Positions 1-13,266 are shown, counted from the stretch's first letter. The stretch is 64,000 nucleotides of DNA from Octopus sinensis (GCF_006345805.1 NC_042999.1:116870001-116934000); one strand, 5' to 3'. Notes: generated by a model from the sequence alone, not told the origin. Program-made: numbers and translations.

Positions 1-1975
1 AGAGCATACATGCAAAAAAAAACAAAAAAACAAAGCTAACTAGGTTAGAACAACGGATTAAGCTATACCAGCAAAACAAATTGTTTAGAACTGACCAAAA
101 AAGATTTTACTAATAGATTAATGACGATAAAAAACGTGAAAGATTAGTGCCTCATGCTGATGAAAATCGACTTTTCTGAGGTAAGATATGGAGTAAGCAA
201 GAACAACAAGCATAATTCCACAGCTGAGTGGCTCTGCAGCCTGAAGCAAACAGCTTCTTGTCCCCAGCAAGAAGCTATCCACTTCACAGAAGACAGTATC
301 AGAAATATGTGTAAAAAGATAAGCAATTGGAAAGCAGCAGGACCTGATGGTGTATAAGGATGTTGGATAAAAAGTTCAGTAGTTGCCATAAATCGATCGA
401 AAAGCAATTTAATGCATTGATCAATGGAGAAGAAATCGCAGGCTGGTTGACAAAAGGACAAACGGTGTTGTGCCTGAAGGGTGCAACAAAGGGAAATGCT
501 GCTGACAAATGCAGACCAATTTCCTGCCTCTCATTAATGTAGAAGTTACTGCCTGGAGGAATTGCAGAAGAACAGTATAAATTTCTTGATGAGAATGATA
601 TATTACCGCCGGAACAAAGAGGTTGTAGAAGGAGGTGCAGAGGTACCAAATACCAACTATTGATAGATAAAATGGAAATGCAAGATTGTAAACGAAGGAG
701 AACAAATCTGGCAATGGCCTGGATTGACTATCGCAAAGCTTACGATATGATTCCACATTCGTGGATCATCGAGTACTCAGAACTGTTTGGAATTGCGAGG
801 AATGTAACGTGTTTCCTGAACAGAAGCATGGTGGGATGGAAAACTGAACTGACATCTTACGGAAAAATCCTGGACACCCTGGGTATTCGAAGAAGGATTT
901 TCCAGGGTGATAGCCTATCTCCGTTGCTTTTCGTTCTCTGCATAATACCCCTGAACTTAGTACTTAGGAAAATGAACCTGAGATATCAACTAAAGGAAAA
1001 ATCCCAAACAATCAACCACCTCCACTTCATTGATAATTTGAAACTGTATGGCAAAGATGAGACACAAGCGAGTTCCTTGGTGAACATGGTCCACTGTTTT
1101 AGTACTGATATTAGAATGGAATTTGGACTCAAGAAGTGTGGAATAATCTACCTAAAAAGAGGCAAGGTACAGTCCCTAGTAGCGATAGAATTACTGAATA
1201 GAGACTTGGTTAAGCAAATTGAAACGGAAGGATACAAATACCTTGGGGTACTAGAGTTCAACGAGATAATGGAAAAGGTAATGAAAGAGCTACTGAGGAC
1301 GGAGTATTTCCAAAGACTGAGGTCGGTGTTGTGCTCAAAATTGACTGGATGGAATAACATCTAAGCAGTTAATACGTGGGCAATAGCATCACTTCAGTAT
1401 GAATACCAAGACCAGAAAAATGTTGACAGTATACGGAGCCTTCCACCCTAAGAGTGACACCGATAGACTGTACTTGTCCAGAAGAAACGGTGAGAGAATT
1501 TGATCAGTTGCTGGGACTGTATCAAAGCAGAGGAAAACAGCCTAGGGTGGTATATAAAAATGCCATGGAACCACTGTTGCAACACATGAAGATGGTAGGC
1601 GCCATCAGAACTGAAAATTGTGTAACTAAAGAAAAATTTAAGCAAGAAATTAACAAAAAAAAAAAAAGAAAAAACACGGAAGGAAAAAAAGAAGTACGAT
1701 CATGTAAACGCCAAGACAGATATAGAGGACCGGTAGCTATGGATGAGGAGGAATGACCTGAAGATAGAGACAGAAGTACTCATATACGCAGCTCAGGAAC
1801 AAGCGTTAAGGACCAATTATATGAAGGGTAAAATAGACAACATTACCGATAGCGACAAACGCAGAATGTGTGGTGAGAGGGGTGAAATGGTATGGCACAT
1901 GGTTAGCGATTACCCGAAATTTGCGCACAACGCGAATACAAAAGACGCCATGACAATGTGGCAAGAAAGTGGTAA
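1..1975 (+). mobile_element. Degenerate non-LTR retrotransposon, R4/Dong-like clade (RT plus C-terminal zinc-knuckle region)
   Basis: Broken ORFs 154-2009 give RT motifs [65 protein letters not shown] and YKYLGV. AAQEQALRTNY..RMCGERGEMVWHMVS is a decayed CCHC. Stops and frameshifts are present. Confidence 0.88.
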
Positions 1976-2229
1976 GGAAGCAAGCTTCTTACCACACAGC
2001 CACGCCTGAGCCTGCGATGTCTAAATTTCCACGAGAACAATATCGGTCTTTTCTCGCCACTTAATATTCTATAGAGCGCCATCAATGTGATTGGTCAAGA
2101 CTCGTAAGCGTCTGGCAGCACTCTAGATGCTAAGAACTCATTTTTCGATTCTTCAGTGAGTTTTGAACTCAGAACGTAAAGGAACATAGCTACGGCCATT
2201 TTGTTTGTTTTGTTTTCTTTTTTATTTTC

Positions 2230-2231
<2 letters not shown>

Positions 2232-2284
<53 letters not shown>

Positions 2285-2980
2285 GTTTTGTTTTGTTTTT
2301 GCTGGCGCACTAACGATTGTGCCATCCACCACTCTGAGAAGTTTGCGAAATAGTAAAATACAATAAACAATAAATATAAATAAAACAAATAAACATATGG
2401 CAATCTGAAGAAGAAGAAGAAGAAGAAGAAGAAGAAGAAGAAGAAGAAGAAGAAAAAAGAAGAAGAAGAAGAAGAAGAAGAAGAAGAAGAAGAAGAAGAA
2501 GAAGAAGAAGAAGAAGAAGAAGAAGAGCAACAACAACAACAACGATAAAATATATCAAATGGAAAAAGAAAAACTGGCAAGTGTTTTTTTTCTCCCTAGA
2601 CATTAAAAGAAGTCTATTATTGGAAACGGCACATGCCGACATAAATTTAATCTATAAGCATTTTTCATTTTTTCCTTTTTTTTAAAAAAAAAAATACGAG
2701 GAAAGTAGTAAAGAAAAAAGAGGAGGAGGCGGAGGGGACGTGTTGCTTTATGTTTCCTACGCACACGTCATGTTGTTCAGTGTAATCCCAAGCCATCGTC
2801 AACGTCACCAATACCAACACCAACACCACCACCAACACCATCATCATCATCACCATCATCATCGTCACCATCATCGTTATCATCATCATCATTGTAACCA
2901 CCTTTATCGGTGGCGTCACATTTGTCGTTGTTTTGCAAATCAGACCAACCACCACCACCACCATCACCACCACTGCTACT
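2232..2980. repeat. Microsatellite cluster: (TTA)n, (GAA)n, (CAT/CAC)n
   Basis: Directly visible; it explains the poly-F/L/S/H ORFs. Confidence 0.97.
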
Positions 2981-3044
2981 AACTCCTCCAACACCAACAT
3001 TACTGCCATCAACATCCATACCATATGAGCCAACAAAGGAACTT

Positions 3045-3200
3045 CTACCTAGTCGCTCGACTTACTAGAAATAGCTGTCAAATTTTCCTTAAATTACATC
3101 CTTCCGCCTAAAAAAAAAGACGTGAACTTCACTTTTAGAACGTTGTTGATCATCAGTCTATGCTGTTGTAACCGACCCGGGTTAAAACAAGCAACAACAA
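3045..3200 (+). repeat. Dispersed repeat family E; related copies at ~5115-5315 +, ~11370-11465 +, ~11920-12085 +, ~38885-39080 -, ~48345-48560 -
   Basis: Recurrent motifs agtcgctcga-c-tgctagaaatagc and ggtcacggctggaatgcctttgatcat...ggctaaacaacaac. Class unknown, possibly a SINE. Confidence 0.6.
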
Positions 3201-3249
3201 CAAAACACTCCACAAACAATGTTTTCAATAATGCTATTTTTAGTACAAA

Positions 3250-3467
3250 TATTGATTTCAAATATTGGCACAAGGCCAGCAATTTCGGGGGAATGATAAG
3301 TCGATTACATCGACCCGAGTGCTCCGCTGGTACTTATTTTATAGACCCCGAAAGGGTTCATGGCAAAGTCAACCTCGGCAGAATTTGAAATCAGAACATG
3401 AAGACGGACGAAATCCTGCTAAGCATTTCGCCCAGCGGGTTAACGATTCTGGCAGCTCACCGCCTTT
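3250..3467 (-). mobile_element. tRNA-derived SINE family A (Meta-domain-like core)
   Basis: Reverse complement has head GGCGGTGAGCTG.CAGAATCGTTA (box A-like), a box B-like TTCAAATTC, and the family core gtcgactttgcctttcatcctttcggggtcgataaaataagtaccag. More than 25 copies occur in the window. Confidence 0.85.
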
Positions 3468-3569
3468 TATTAGCACAAATATTACTTGAAAAAATTGTTG
3501 CGAAATCGCCTTCACGTAATACTTTACTGTTTTGTCTCTCTACTTGTCCTGTGTATCATATGTGATATA

Positions 3570-4215
3570 CGAGGTCTGATGAATAAGTATCCGAAATGTT
3601 GCCATAGGAACGAAGCTAAAGCATGCGGAATAAAGCAGCTTGGCAAAGATTGACCTTGAAATCTGTTGTGCATGAGCACTAAGTTTTAACGTTCTAGCTC
3701 ACTTCTACTGTTTACAGCAGTGCTTAGAAGAAAGGTGTGTCGCGTGTGATCGTCGTATTGACCATGACAGAGAAAGATGTCATGGCGACACATGCTCAGA
3801 GGCCTACGCAAGGTTGCAGAAAGTGTATGGAGAGGAGTATATGAGCTGCACACAAGTGCACGAGTGGTTCAAACGTTTCCAAGATGGCCGAAAAAAGGTC
3901 GATATTGGTGAACGAACTTGGAGACCCGCAGCCAGCAGAACTGAGGAAAACATCGCAGCTGTGAGGTGAAATCATCGAATCACCATCCGTGAGTTATCAG
4001 AGGATGTGCAGATTACTTACGGTTAAGATTTGGGTATGAGACGCATGTTTACCCAATTTTGGGCGGAAACTGCCTCAGCTGACCCAAAATACACTCGGGT
4101 TTCAGTTGCACAATATCTCCTTGATTGTGTCGAGAACAATGAAATGTTTTTGAAAACTTTACGTAGGCCTCTGATCAGGTGTCACCAAGCTTTTGGCAAA
4201 ATTTGATGCAGCTTC
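3570..4215 (+). mobile_element. Mariner transposon remnant (5' end plus HTH DNA-binding domain)
   Basis: Starts TA|CGAGGTCTGA. Translation gives EAYARLQKVYGEEYMSCTQVHEWFKRFQDGR..RP..RTEENI..RITIRELSEDV..DLGMRR, with stops. Confidence 0.85.
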
Positions 4216-4229
4216 ACTCTACGTGCTTT

Positions 4230-4305
4230 GGCTTCTACTATAGTCTCGAGCCGGCCAAAATCTTGTGAGTGGATTTTGTAGACGGAAACAGGAAGAAGCC
4301 CGTCG

Positions 4306-4392
<87 letters not shown>

Positions 4393-4660
4393 TGTGTGTG
4401 CGTGTGTGTGTGTGTATGTGTGTGTGTGTGTATGTGTGTGTGTCGTCTTTGTGTCTGTGTTTGACCCACCCCACAACCACTGCTTGAAATCGGTGTTGGT
4501 GTGATTACGTCTCCATAACTTAACGGTGCGGCAAAAGAGGCCGATAGGATAAGTACTAGGCTTTAAAATATAAGTCCTGGGGTCGATTTGTTCGACTAAA
4601 ACTTTCAAAGCAGTACCCCAGCATGGCCACAATCAAATAACTAAAACAAGTAAATGATAA
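4230..4660 (+). mobile_element. SINE family B (5'-truncated) with internal (TA)n(TG)n
   Basis: Matches the full-length copy at 13267-13593. Confidence 0.85.
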
Positions 4661-5038
4661 AAGGTAAAAAAAAATTGTAGAAATATAACTAATATATGGT
4701 ACATTAATTTTAACAACAAAATCTTATATGGACCCCTAACGGTAATGTAGACCCCGGTTGAAAACCAATCGTGTAGATGAACAACTGTCGCAAGTCTAAC
4801 TGTGTCTACCTTGCCTGACTCTGCTGTAATAGAGAGAACAATGGAGAGAATGCAAGATATCAAGACTATCACAGTGCACCCAAAGGAATTCATTACTGTC
4901 TGCCTGTCTGAGTGTGAACTATGGTCTCACTGCGAAGAGACGTGATATAGCTGGGGAAAACATATATGAGTTTCGTGCAGACGTTCAGCCGAATGCCTGC
5001 TTGCCATAAAACTGCATGATAAGAATTGATATCTTATC

Positions 5039-5079
5039 ATTGTTGTGCAACCTCAACTGACTTGAGGTTGCACAACAAT
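5039..5079. repeat. Perfect 18-bp-stem hairpin with 5-nt loop
   Basis: attgttgtgcaacctcaa-ctgac-ttgaggttgcacaacaat. Confidence 0.95.
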
Positions 5080-5814
5080 AACAACAACATCACTTCTAGC
5101 CAGTGTGAGAGGTTTTAAGCAGTCGCTCGATCTGCTACAAACAACAGCAAAAACTCCTTCAGTTCATACTCTATCTTCTTAAAAAAGTGAGGTCTCGTTG
5201 GACTATATAGTCCTCGATATACAATAGATAAACATAAAAAGAGAAGATGGTCACGGTTGCAACGCCTTTGAATCATAGATCAAATTGTTAGGGGTGACAT
5301 GAGGCTAAACAAAAGCAGCAACAGTACCAGTAGCAACAACAACCACAACAAATATTACTAACATTAACTCCAGCACCACTATTCCTAGCATTATTTGCTG
5401 ACTCTTTTTTTTGTGCTTTAACACGGTTTCTTTTACTTTCACTTCAGAGTTTGTCATGCTTATTTAGGACTTTTATTTAATGCATCAGCCACAAATTAGT
5501 CGATCTCAGCTCAGTTCAGTCCAACTCGATTCAATAAAACAACCATCTGACCTTCCATTTCCACAACAAACATCACATTACTTTTACCTCTAATGCAACA
5601 ACAACACTAACATAAGTAAGAACAAGCCAACGACGGAGCTATCTCGTAGTTCAACTTACCAGAAATATCAACCTCTCAAATCTCATCCCATTTTTTTGAG
5701 CTAGGGCTACTCATTGATTTTTTTCACGGGAGAATAAGAATGTGGTTTTTCCGTTCAATTCCACCGGAGGATATTTTACTGAGCATCATTTTGTACGTTA
5801 GATATAGAAAATTT

Positions 5815-6010
5815 TGCCAGCAGGTCAGCTCAGGTCCGAGGGAATGTGCTGTTACAGTTTGTAGCTGCATCCACCGTATGTCAGTATTTGCTCGGGTCGT
5901 CCTGGTTAACCTTCCGAGCAGTGTCCTAATCAGTACCAAGCTCTGCGATATACTTCCTCATCCGCCGTGACCATGTGGCCGACCAACACCAGCTATCACC
6001 CTAACCATGT
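5815..6010 (-). mobile_element. Probable RTE-type LINE 3' end, decayed
   Basis: Frameshifted GVGRPHG / RKYIAELGTD*DTARKVNQDDPSKY*HTVDAAT resembles the RTE ORF C-terminus. Confidence 0.4.
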
Positions 6011-7063
6011 CCTCAGAGAAGAGAACACGACACGTAAAATACAACTCGGAAAACCTAACCACATGACCAAACAATATGAGCTGCACTGATCAATTTGACC
6101 TACGATCAAAAGCGTTCCAGCCATGCTCTTCTTGCTTTTGTATATCAGAGATTAATTTGTCAAATATATGATTTAAGATACTGGGATATATTCTGAGGAT
6201 GCATTAATTAGTACTTCTAACAAGTGAAGCGAGCGTATAAAGATTTTTCTTGAGTCGACAATCAAGTGTGATTTGGTTGTTATTTCTAGCAGATTTAGTG
6301 AACCAAATAAACGCTTCCTCTTTAACTCTGCTCCCCCGTTGAAATTATATTTGTCTAGAATAGTAAATGACACTGTAGTTAGGACTTCTACATTTGATGC
6401 TGTTTTGGCTTTTTCAGGGAAGAAAAGTAGGTCTCTATACCTACTTTAAGAAAGGCAGATGGAAGTTATTCACCAAACCAGGCCAGACTAGGTCAGACAC
6501 CTGGATTCAATTCGTATTGAGCTTAACTCTGCTACAGACACTTAAGGAACAGGGAGCAGTGTTTTACCTCCCGACTGCAGAAAATAATGCTAAGGTGCAA
6601 TGGTGAGGAGTAGCAACCAATTTTTTGGGGGGTTAGTTTTAGAAGAGTGGGTATTGTGGATTGATAAACTAGAATTGGTAGAGCGTCAGCTAAATTGCAA
6701 TAGGGTATTTAGTTAGGTCTCTTTTGAGAGCCCAAATTCTGCTGATGCCAACTTTGCTATTTTTTATCTTCTTGAAGGATAAATAAATATCTCATATTGG
6801 TTTGATTTAATTGGCTAATCCCGTTCCTACTCTCCTACGATAGAAATCAATATTTAGTTAAATTACTTTATTAGTATAGAAGTAAAACTACTTAAGTTAC
6901 TATGTAGTTGTGAGGACAAAGGCCTCCTTCAGGGGCTGTGAAAAGTTTTGGTGCATCCTTTCAGAATGAACGGCAGTGCTTTCCATAAAGAAGGAATTTT
7001 TTCCGAAACATCAGAAACTTCACCTCCCAACAGCTTACCAATTTGTGTATACCAATGAATATA

Positions 7064-7313
7064 TTGGGTTGGTGCATAATTATTGCGGCTTTTTTCCACA
7101 AATTTTATTCAGAAAAAACAATAACAACATGTAACAAAAACACCTTTAAATGATTATTCCGAGGCATATTCACCATCTACTTCAATTACTGCTTTCCATT
7201 TGCTTGGCTGACGGTTAGGATCTCATTTAAAGGTGTTTTTGTTAAATATTGTTATTGTTTTTGTTGAATAAAATTTGTTGAAAAAAATCCGCAATAATTA
7301 TGCACCCACCCAA
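7064..7313 (-). mobile_element. Mariner-derived MITE with ~90-bp inverted arms and TA TSD
   Basis: TA|TTGGGTTGGTGCATAATTATTGCGG ... CCGCAATAATTATGCACCCACCCAA|TA. The spacer encodes the mariner C-terminus RQPSKWKAVIEVDGEYASE* on the minus strand. Confidence 0.9.
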
Positions 7314-8212
7314 TACTATTCGCTGACGTATACCGCTCTCTCCTTGGATTCTGTTGTTTTTTTTTTTCTATTTCTTCCTTTATTAATGTCACTTTATTTT
7401 GGCGAAGTGTAAGACGACAGGATCAGTTAAGTGATGGAACAAATGTCATGCAACATTGGGGTACATCACTACATTTGAATTCAAACTTCACCATCTTGAA
7501 TTTGCCTTCATCTTTCCGATGTCAATGAAACAGATGCCTAAATACTGGAGTATAATTAATCGACTACTTCGTTTAGGCAAAAGCATCTGGCCTTGTGCTA
7601 ATATTAGAAATCATTGTTCTCTTGCTCTTATAACTTGATTTCATTGAATAATTTAGCGTAGGTCTATATACTTTGAATGAGGATAGAGTTTTGCTCTGAT
7701 TTGTGTGCTGTGTTGCTTTGGAAGTGCTTTACGTTATCATCTGGGCAGTTCTTAATAGTGGTAATTTATGTTATATATGTGTGCGAATTCTAAGGTCTGG
7801 GTTGTGTAGTTCTCTGCATACTTACCATCAGTCTCGAACACTTATGATTACGGCGATCATTTCTGTTTTCAATCCCTTTTTTTTTTTACATCTATTTGCA
7901 GAACATTAGATATGGTTAGTTTCTTCATTTTTTCACGGGGAAATATCAGTTTCGTTGATATTGTTTATTGATTAGGAGATATTTCTTAGCAATAACACAC
8001 GCTAACACCCTATCTTAAAAAGTAACGATTTGGCAGTGACGTAGTTTTTATATAGATAGATTACTTATGATATTTAGCATAAGAAGAACGCAGAAAATGG
8101 TGAAATACATCAATCTTGGAATGTAAATGACAGAGAAGAGTTTGAATTGAAAGGATTCTTCGTTGGCTCGAAACAAAAATTGTCGACACTTTTATTGTTT
8201 ATGAAGGTATAT

Positions 8213-8274
<62 letters not shown>

Positions 8275-8365
8275 ATATATATAAGTTTTAAGTTTTTAAT
8301 TTTACAACTTATGTCGCTTTACAGTTTAACATTTTTTAATTGCAGATTGCTCAAGGATGTCCCCT

Positions 8366-8835
8366 GGTGGCGACCACCGCGGACTGTTGGTCGGCCCACA
8401 ACAGGTCCTACTTGGGGATGAAGGTACACTAGCTGTACCCCAAGACCCGCACCAGACAACATGCCGTCCTAGCCTGCTCTCAGAGGTCTTTACACCATTG
8501 ATTATTTCACCCAGGCCATGGTGGACACTTATTACAAGTTCCATCTGCAAGACAAGGTGACCAGGACCACGACGACGGACAACGGCAAAAACTTTGTTAA
8601 AGCATTTATACAGTTTAGAACAGAAGCTGAACCCTTGCCAGACATTCCTGAGGCTGCTGTTGATCTAGACGTGGAGGGCGTTGTGAATGTGGAGCTGGAC
8701 GTGGACCCCGATGCTGGGGATGTGGTCGAAGTTGAGCACATCCCTGTTGACGCCGTCTTTGACGAGTCCAAAGGCCTGGATCTCAACCTGCCAGTGCGCA
8801 TGAAGTGCACCGCCTATACCTTCAACTTGGTAGCC
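8366..8835 (+). mobile_element. hAT (Ac/Tol2-like) transposase fragment
   Basis: VATTADCWSAHNRSYLGMKVH*, TRQHAVLAC, TTTDNGKNFVKAF and LPVRMKCTAYTFNLVA match the first two catalytic Asp motifs and the decayed CxxH of hAT transposases. Confidence 0.88.
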
Positions 8836-8899
8836 ATACATACATACATACATACATACATACATACATACATACATACATACATACATACATACATAC

Positions 8900-9242
8900 A
8901 TTATGGCTGCACCCTCGTTATCGAGTATGGCCATTGCACGAAGCTTAACTGTTACTGCTGCTGTGATCGAATGTGACTTTTTAGCCCAGCTAAAGATCTA
9001 CAATGTCTTGTACAGAATTGGCAACTAAAACCTTTACCGGTAATAGCCGGCTGTAGTTGTAACTGGGCTTCATGTACCTTTGCATGTCGTTTAAGTCCTC
9101 CTGCCGAATTACACTCTCTTCCACATGCCCGACAGATATGATTTGTATGGTGTGTTACACCACCACCAGTGGCCAGGTCGTCACTCATCTGTCTCGCTTT
9201 ATGACTACGAAGATGACTCTTGAGACCAGCTTTACTGAACAA
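8900..9242 (-). mobile_element. 3' end of an RTE-type LINE carrying three C2H2 zinc fingers and an (ATGT)n tail
   Basis: SKAGLKSHLRSH, CRACGRECNSAGGLKRHAKVH and CQFCTRHCRSLAGLKSHIRS, then ...gagggtgcagccata(atgt)n. Fingers of the form GLxSHxR with long non-TGEKP linkers are typical of RTE C-termini. Confidence 0.65.
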
Positions 9243-9305
9243 CATACATACATACATACATACATACATACATACATACATACATACATACATACATACA
9301 TACAT

Positions 9306-10105
9306 AAAAAGAATACTGGGTGGTATGTCCCAGTGAAAACCTAAATAAAATGTAAGCACAACAGACCTGATATAATAATTTGGGATAGAGAAGAGAAACT
9401 GTGCACAGTTGTGGAAATTAACTGCCCAGCGGATGTTAACGTAAAGCTGAAGATCAGTGAAAAAGAGAACACCTATGCTGAACTATTGAGAAACTTGCAG
9501 TTACTCTATCCAGATTAGAAGTTCAGGTTTATACTTGTAATTATTGGGACCCTGGGATATGTAACACACTGCCTAAATACCAATCTTGACAAATTAGGCT
9601 TCTCAAAACCAGAAGGGAGAAAGCTAATTCGAAGACTACGGATCCAATCTATCACTGGAGCTGTAAAAATCTGTAAAACGTTCCAGAAATTTATCATTTA
9701 AACATTTATGAGCATGTCTAGATATGCAACTATGCATGAGAATACATACATAAAACATACAAATCTGCACATGCATACATACATACATACATACCTACAT
9801 ACATACATACATACATACATACATACATACATACATACATACATGCATACATACCTACCTACATACATACATACATACATACATACATACATACATGCAT
9901 GCATACATACATACATACATACATACATACATACATACATACATACATGCATATATTCATACATACATACATACATACATACATACATACATACATACAT
10001 ACCCTATTGTTGATGTTGAAATTCCAATGAAGGAGCCTTGGATCTAGGTTAGAAACTGGTTCTTTCTCTATCGGCAATAAATCTTCAAACAAACTGAATA
10101 GACAT
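9306..10105 (+). mobile_element. 5'-truncated R4/Dong-like LINE: restriction-like endonuclease domain plus 3' UTR
   Basis: KHNRPDIIIWDREEKLCTVVEINCPADVNVKLKISEKENTYAEL...VIIGTLGYV...KICKTFQKFII* is a PD..E-type RLE. The 3' UTR is shared with 46795-46990 (-). Confidence 0.88.
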
Positions 10106-10156
10106 AAATACATACATAAATACATACATAGACATAAATACAAATAGATCGATAGT

Positions 10157-10218
<62 letters not shown>

Positions 10219-10220
10219 CA

Positions 10221-10252
<32 letters not shown>

Positions 10253-10799
10253 CATACATACGTACATACATACATACATACATACATACATACATACATA
10301 CATACATACATACATACATACAGATGCGCACACACACACACTCATACACACACACATATACACGCATACGTATTCAGTGATACTGATCAATTGCCTCTTG
10401 ACCAATGCGTCCCACCTGTGAAAAAAAAAAAGAAAAACGAAACAAAGAACCTTATAAAAACGAATCAAATCCACGACCTTTTGCCTTTCCTCATTATTAA
10501 AGTACGATTGTAATAAATACTCAACATTCTTTGCAGGTAATGTGATTTATATCCGGTGTATATAAACACAAGGATTTGTATACACAGACGTTTTTCTCTC
10601 TTAGGCGTAAATTACTCTTAAGAAAACAAAAAGCGCAACAAGATGTTATTACTACAAAGGCGATGGATGACAGATACAGTAGAGGGTGGGAAAAAATATC
10701 TAACGGTGTTTTGTTATGTCACATTAAGTTCTGAGTTTAAAACCCGCCGATGCCAACTTTTCCTTTCGCTCATCCAAATTTTGGGAGGTGAATAAAATA

Positions 10800-11890
10800 T
10801 CCCTTCTGCTAAAGGGACAAGGCCTGAAATTTGTGGGGAGGGGACTAGTCGATTACATCGACCCCAGTGAAACACTGGTACTTAATTTATCGACCCCGAA
10901 GGATGAAAGGCAAAGTCGACTTCGGCGGAATTTGAACTCAGAACGTAAAGACAGACGAAATACCTATTTCTTTACTACCCACAAGGGGCTAAACACAAAG
11001 AGGACAAACAAGGACAAATAAACGGATTAAGTCGATTATATCGATACCAGTGCGTAACTGGTATTTAATTTATCGACCCCGAAAGGATGAAAGGCAAAGT
11101 CGACCTCGGCGGAATTTGAACTCAGAACGTAACGGCAGACGAAATACGGCTACGCATTTCGCCCGGCGTGCTACCGTTTCTGCCAGCTCGCCGCTAAGCA
11201 TTTTGATCGGCGTGCTCGCCAGCACGCGTCCTTAGGAGGTGAATAAAATATAATAGCAGTCAAGTATTGGAATTAAATGACCCGATTTATCTCTCATCGA
11301 AAATATCCGACCTTGTGCTTATGCGAGAAAACACCCCCAGCCAAATGCCTTTCTCTGAAATCACATTGTACCATATATACAAAATGATGAGGTGGCCACA
11401 GCTGGAGTGCCTTTGCTCAAAGTTTTGCTCGATTAGAGCTGACTTTGGGTAAAACGACAACAAACTGTTAATATTACAAATCAAAGTAAGGCAACGAGCT
11501 GGCAGAATCTTTTACACGCCGGGCAAAATACTTAGCGGCATTTCGTCTGTCGTTTTTTAATGCACTGAGCTCAAATTCCGCCGATGTCAAATTTGTTTTC
11601 CATCATTTCGGGGTCGATAAAAATAAGTACCAGTTGAATACAATTGATTAATGTAATCGACTTATCCCATCCTTCGTAACTACTGGCCTTGTAACCAAAA
11701 TTTGAAACCATTATTACGAGTCAAAGCAAGGCAGCAAACTGGTAGAATCACAAGTGTTAAGTAGCATTACTGCTGTCTCTTTACGTTCTGGGTTCAAATA
11801 CCGCTGAAGTCAACTTTGCCGTACTCAATGTAATCGACTTGTCCCATCCACTCAAAACTGCTGGCCTTGTGCCAAGATTAGAAACAATTA
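10800..11890. mobile_element. Cluster of family A SINEs (10800-11195 - dimeric; 11487-11710 +; 11727-11888 +)
   Basis: Family A head, core and tail motifs. Confidence 0.85.
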
Positions 11891-12099
11891 TTACGAATCG
11901 AAATGTTCATCATACAGTCAGCTGCGCGACTTGCTTGAAACGGTAGTCAAATCGCTTTCAAATCACATATTCTCTCTTTAAAAAAATACAAAACAGAGAG
12001 GTCACTTTAGATTATACTTATAAAGAAAACACGAAATGGTTTTGATTTTAATACTTTCAATCATATATTTGATCAAGGCTAATTTTAAAATGAAGATTG

Positions 12100-12610
12100 C
12101 CCCACTACTTGTCTTTGACATAGCAGGATAGGCAGTGTTCCTCTGTCTAGTGACTATGACGAAAGAGTTTGTGTGGTGGACAAAGCTAAAAGGATTTAAG
12201 GATTGACATCATCTTCGGACAAGCCCACATCGACTTTTTCAAGTACCAATTGGAAAAGAAAGTGTAGATGGAGAGGCAAGTGCTCTCCACCAACGAATTT
12301 GTCAAAAAGTGGGTACTATGGCAAACATGGTAAAGACGAATGGAACTATTTTAATTATACGCTTGCAGAATGGAGAACAGTTGAGCGAGGTCTTGTGCCC
12401 TTGGCGGTCAGTGTGATGCTGGATCAGTAGTGTTTCTTGATTGGCTCCAGCTGGAGGCTCTCCTGTATCAGATGGACAGAATCATCCTTGTGTTCACACA
12501 CTTCGCATTTTCTTTAACTCATATCCATATCCCCTCTTCTTCCTTCCTGTTATCAATTTTTTTTTGTAAGCTCTACTCAAATTGTATACTGTCTTTATAA
12601 TGTTCCTCTC
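12100..12610 (+). mobile_element. Probable L1/Tx1-type LINE ORF2 C-terminus plus 3' UTR
   Basis: FLCLVTMTKEFVWWTKLKG / SSGQAHIDFFKYQLEKKV*MERQVLSTNEFVKKWV, followed by a T-rich UTR-like tract. Clade assignment is by resemblance only. Confidence 0.45.
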
Positions 12611-13266
12611 ACTTGATATTGTTGTAAAAATCATTATTTTTGCTGCTGCAGCAGATGATAATGATGATGATGATGATGATGATGAATATGTTGTTGTTAT
12701 TGTTTTGATACGATTGGACGTGTTTCGTTTTGGCCCTCACTGACTGTGGATTACTACTAGGTGAAGACACGAGGAAGAACATTTTTGATGCACAATTTCT
12801 AAATAGAGAAAGCGAGATTTTAGTTGTTTACCGTCATTCTTCTTTGTCTGGATTTTAACAAAAATGAGGAGATAATGTTTGTTCCTTTCTACCACTTGTA
12901 AGCAAATAAAATGGCTACAGCTTTTAAAAACGCCTCCTCAAAAATGTTGCACAAAACAAACACTTTTTTTAAGAAGGTAAGCAGGGTAAAAAAAAAAGAG
13001 AAAATCGTCAAAAATAATGTTAAAGAAAATAAATAGTAACATTTTGAAAAAGAAAATTATACGAATGAAATTGATTTTGTCGACTCGTTTAATAATAATA
13101 ATAGCAACGGTAAAACAATAGAGTTCTTCACACACACTTTTGCAAGTACTACGTTCCATAAAATATTCTGAACATAAACAGATCCTATCAGGTGTGGGTT
13201 AGATGAGGAACAGGTTGTTGGGTGGTGGGGGTTAGAATAGACTTACAAGTTATTATACTCGTATAT

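Noticed and set aside
2222-3036. Poly-F/L/S/H/D ORFs, and similar ones at 9698-10474, 19550-19991, 22016-22869, 27058-27915, 35031-35374 and 63428-64000
   Set aside because: They are translations of stop-free microsatellites, not genes.
8952-9359. C2H2 zinc-finger host gene
   Set aside because: No TGEKP linkers, bounded by microsatellites, and it ends like an RTE 3' terminus. Treated as retroelement-borne.
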